Virus record (IMG/VR): IMGVR_UViG_3300027973_000043
Coordinates: 18,489 to 82,488 of that record
DNA length: 64,000 bases
Source of the DNA: a virus
Direction: 5' to 3' (one strand)
Under the pieces are notes generated by a model that did not search any database, had not been told where the DNA came from, and saw only the letters and a list, made by a program, of their open reading frames with translations. The position numbers were made by a program, and so were the translations under genes. Numbering within the stretch: position 1 is the stretch's first letter; each line of letters starts with the position of its first letter. Shown here one piece after another: positions 60,690 through 64,000 of the stretch.

Positions 60690-62923
60690 GTTAAAAATCG
60701 AATTGACTAAAGCACTGGATACTGCCACAATTACACTCCTATTTCTTTGGAACAAGTTAGGGAAATTATGAGTCAAAAGAAATTTAAACTGGTGGATAAA
60801 CATAAAGTCATTGACAACGATTAACCTTGATGTATAATAAAGCATGAAAATCTTAATTCGTATTCTGGCTTTTTGTTTGTTTATTCCTTCCCTTCTTTTG
60901 TGCGGAATTCCGTTTCTATTGGTGAATGATCCTAACGATGGCCGAACACGGGAAGAATGGAAGAACCATATGTATTCTAAATGGTATCTTAAACCATATT
61001 TTTGGTGCTTCTTACATTCTATTTGTGCTGGAGACTGGAATAAAATGAAAAGGTAGTTGACAGAAAATATTTAAATAAAAATAATAAAATTATCAAACTA
61101 ATCACATTTTTAGAATAACTTATGAATAAACATGTTATCGGAACCGCGATTGATGATTTTGAAAAAGAAATCAAGAAAGATGTAGCGATTTCTGCGGTAA
61201 ACGTAATGAAGCGCGTTTTTATACTTTTTCGTGTTAATGAATCTTTGGAAGAACCTGTCGAATTTGAAAAGCTACTTCAATACATGGCAGAAGATTTTAA
61301 AGAATGGGCAGAAAATAATAAAGTAACAATTGACCTACCTGAAAAAGGTGTTAGTTTGGTTAAAAATAATTAATATTTTATGAATGATTTTATTTGGGTA
61401 ATCGTTGGATTTAGCTCTAATTATATTCGGGGACAGATTGAAAACCTTGAACTAGAAGAGCAGTATCGACATATGGTAGATAAATCTAGGTTTGTCTTGC
61501 CTCCCGAAGTGCAGGAAAAACGATTGCGAAACATGCTTAACAAGCCGTCCAATCGGGGTTATTTTTTGTCTAAAGAACTGGCGGTTGAAACAATCGAAAA
61601 TAATTGTGAATATATTCAAGAACTTGGATATTATACCTATCTTTTGATTGAAAAACATGGGGCAAATATTATTGAAGGGCATTATTGGCATGAATCAGAT
61701 GGGGAAACATGGTTTAAATTGTCAGACGATTTTACACGTTATGAACCGTGTGAAAAACCTGATTGTTTAGTCGGAGTCGTAAGTTTCGCTTGATTAGAGT
61801 CTAATTCATGATACAATAAGATGAATAAAGAAGAACCTCCAAAATTAAGATTCATAGACCTCCGAACTACCGAAGAAGGTTATGAACCAATTATAGAAAG
61901 ATATGATGATGGAAGTCCGAAATCAGTGATTTATTGTCCGTATATGCCCGTAAATTTAGAAGAGGTTCAAGAATGGCACAGACAGAATAAAGCAAGTATT
62001 ACGTAATCTTTATATGAATAAAGAACAATTTGTATTAAATTTTTGTCGGGCGTGCGAAATAACTCAAATATGAGTAAAAGAACGGTTATTAACATGATAT
62101 GAAAGAAGCCTCATATTTTCTCAAATTTGATATATTGTTAATGTAACAAAATATATAATTTCAAAACTGGTGAATACAGGGGCAGAGAGACGGATAAAAA
62201 AATAAAATAAGTGTTTGACGAATAACTGTTATTGATGTAAATTAGAACATGGAAAAGAAACAAAAGATTTATAAGTAGGTGTTGCGTATGCCCAACTCTG
62301 ATTTTTATATGGTATCATATCAATATGGAGAAACCGGAATATTGATTAATGATACAAATAATGGATTCGGTTATACGGAAGAAGAAGCGTTTAAAACAAT
62401 AAAACAATAAAATAATATGAAAACATGGTATCATGCAGTTTGTGAAAAATGTGGAGAGTGCAAGGTTGTGTTAGTGAATGATCCTAAGACTACGGCAGCA
62501 TATGTTACGGATGAAGAAAATCAAAGTATTTTTTCCTTTATGCTTAGTCATTATGGTTGCCCACCACTAAAAATTGTTTGGAGGGACGAAGAACTAGATG
62601 AATTGCGCGAACAGGGATATTTTGATTCTTTTGCAAATCCTTGGGACACGATTAAAAGGCAAGATAAAATGTTGACAGAAGAATAAAACGGAGTAAGGTG
62701 TATTATGAAAGAACTACGTGCAATACGAATCTCTGTGACTAGCGAAGATGGAGAACTTCTGGATACTATCATGATTGAAATTCCTGATGATTCTTCTATG
62801 CGATATATTGCAATTCGGCCCGTTAATTATTCTATCGGACAACGTGAAGGCGAAGAAATTTTAGATATTGGAGCGTAATGAAGTAATTGATTGACAAATA
62901 GCTGAATTCTAGTAATATAAGTC

Positions 62924-63649
62924 ATGAACAATCCGAACGAAAAAATCCTTGTTAAGTTGGAAAAATTGATTGCCCTTAGCGGTTCATCGAACGAACATGA
63001 AGCTAGTGCTGCCATGGAAAAGGCTATTGAACTGGCTACTCTACACAATATCGAATTGTCTAGGGTTTCTTCCAATTATTCTTCTGATCAAATTGAAAAG
63101 GAAGAAATGGAAACGAACAAAGCAAGGTTGCCAATTACTCAACGATTTGTTTCTAATATTATTAAGAAATATTTTGAAGTTGAAATTATTACTGGCGGTA
63201 ATCGTTCGATTGGACGCAAAATTTATTTTGTTGGAAAAAAAGACAAAATCGAATTTGCCAAGTTTTTGAATGAATATCTTACAAATACTTTTTTCAATCT
63301 TTGGTATAAATTTTATGAAAACAATCCACAAGTTACGGTTAAAACTGCTAGGGAAAGCTATTTTTGTGGACTGTGGCAAGGTCTATCTAAGAAGCTAAAG
63401 GATATGCAGGAAGCAACGGAAAGCACTATAGCAAGCGACTTGCAGGCTAATTATAGCCTAATGCTGGTGAATTCGTCTGAAATGCTTAAACAAGCTATTA
63501 ACAAGTTTTTTCCAGATGTTGTTTATAAAACCGGAAAATCAGTTAATAATTATAATGCATTGGTTGCAGACAAAGGTTATAGTGATGGACAGCAAATTAA
63601 TATTCATTCAGGTTTGACTGATTCAAATAAAAATTATTTGTCTGCTTGA
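62924..63649 (+). CDS. DUF2786-containing protein
   Basis: KLEKLIALSGSSNEHEASAAMEKA N-terminus; RESYFCG; GYSDG. Confidence 0.75.
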   Translation: MNNPNEKILVKLEKLIALSGSSNEHEASAAMEKAIELATLHNIELSRVSSNYSSDQIEKEEMETNKARLPITQRFVSNIIKKYFEVEIITGGNRSIGRKIYFVGKKDKIEFAKFLNEYLTNTFFNLWYKFYENNPQVTVKTARESYFCGLWQGLSKKLKDMQEATESTIASDLQANYSLMLVNSSEMLKQAINKFFPDVVYKTGKSVNNYNALVADKGYSDGQQINIHSGLTDSNKNYLSA

Positions 63650-63903
63650 CTAATAGACTAATCAGAGCTACAATTAGCCATGGACGAATTTAGAAAACTT
63701 CAAAAGCAGGAATGTCTGAACGGGGGCACGAAAGAACTGAAATATGGCTGTTCTTGCTGCCGAAAAATTAAGAATATCCAGGAATTTAGAAAGTGGGCTA
63801 GAAAGCTCGCTAAATCCCGATTGAAGAATCAAGATAGAAAAGACTTGACAGAAACCAAGATTGAGTTAATATAAAGACGATCAAAGATTAAAAAAATAAA
63901 ATT

Positions 63904-64000
63904 ATGAAAGAAACAATTGCACAACTATTAAAAGTAAAAGATTTTCCATTCCTTATTAAAAATAAGAATAATAAAGAAATCTATCATGAAGATTCAAATA
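63904..64000 (+). CDS. start of a seventh 21-aa-repeat gene copy (cut by the window end)
   Basis: 63883-63999 matches the junction and start of array copy 3 (about 49636-49752). Confidence 0.85.
   Translation, partial: MKETIAQLLKVKDFPFLIKNKNNKEIYHEDSN

Noticed and set aside
553-63379. Many short antisense ORFs in the track (e.g. 553..813, 21365..21745, 23513..23932, 41507..41842, 60363..60845)
   Set aside because: They lie opposite well-supported genes and carry no motifs
1-64000. Stop-codon reassignment
   Set aside because: Conserved genes are full length in the standard code, all three stops are used, and no suppressor tRNA was seen

Overview
AT-rich segment (roughly 28-30% GC by eye) of a large T4-like/jumbo dsDNA phage genome in the standard genetic code. 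It carries a clamp-loader subunit, class Ia nrdA/nrdB, rIIA/rIIB, thyX, an RNA ligase, UvsE, TilS, tRNAs and many small early genes, with a strand switch near 44.1 kb. DUF1549/DUF1553 and DUF1501 genes point to a Planctomycetota/Verrucomicrobiota host (inference). Main points: (1) a clamp-loader gene split by a naturally split intein with a free-standing endonuclease between the halves; (2) two tRNA genes hidden by ORF-less group I introns, one at an unusual anticodon-stem site (27/28) in tRNA-Leu(UAA) and one at 36/37 in a CAU tRNA near a phage tilS; (3) an IS607 element with a DNA methyltransferase translationally coupled between tnpA and tnpB; (4) a seven-copy family of 21-aa-repeat genes with shuffled variable codons, whose main array follows a perfect 20-bp inverted repeat; (5) many late-promoter genes with T4-style capsid-targeting-like leaders, two of them associated with 62-66 bp direct repeats. 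All calls come from manual motif reading; no database searches were run.
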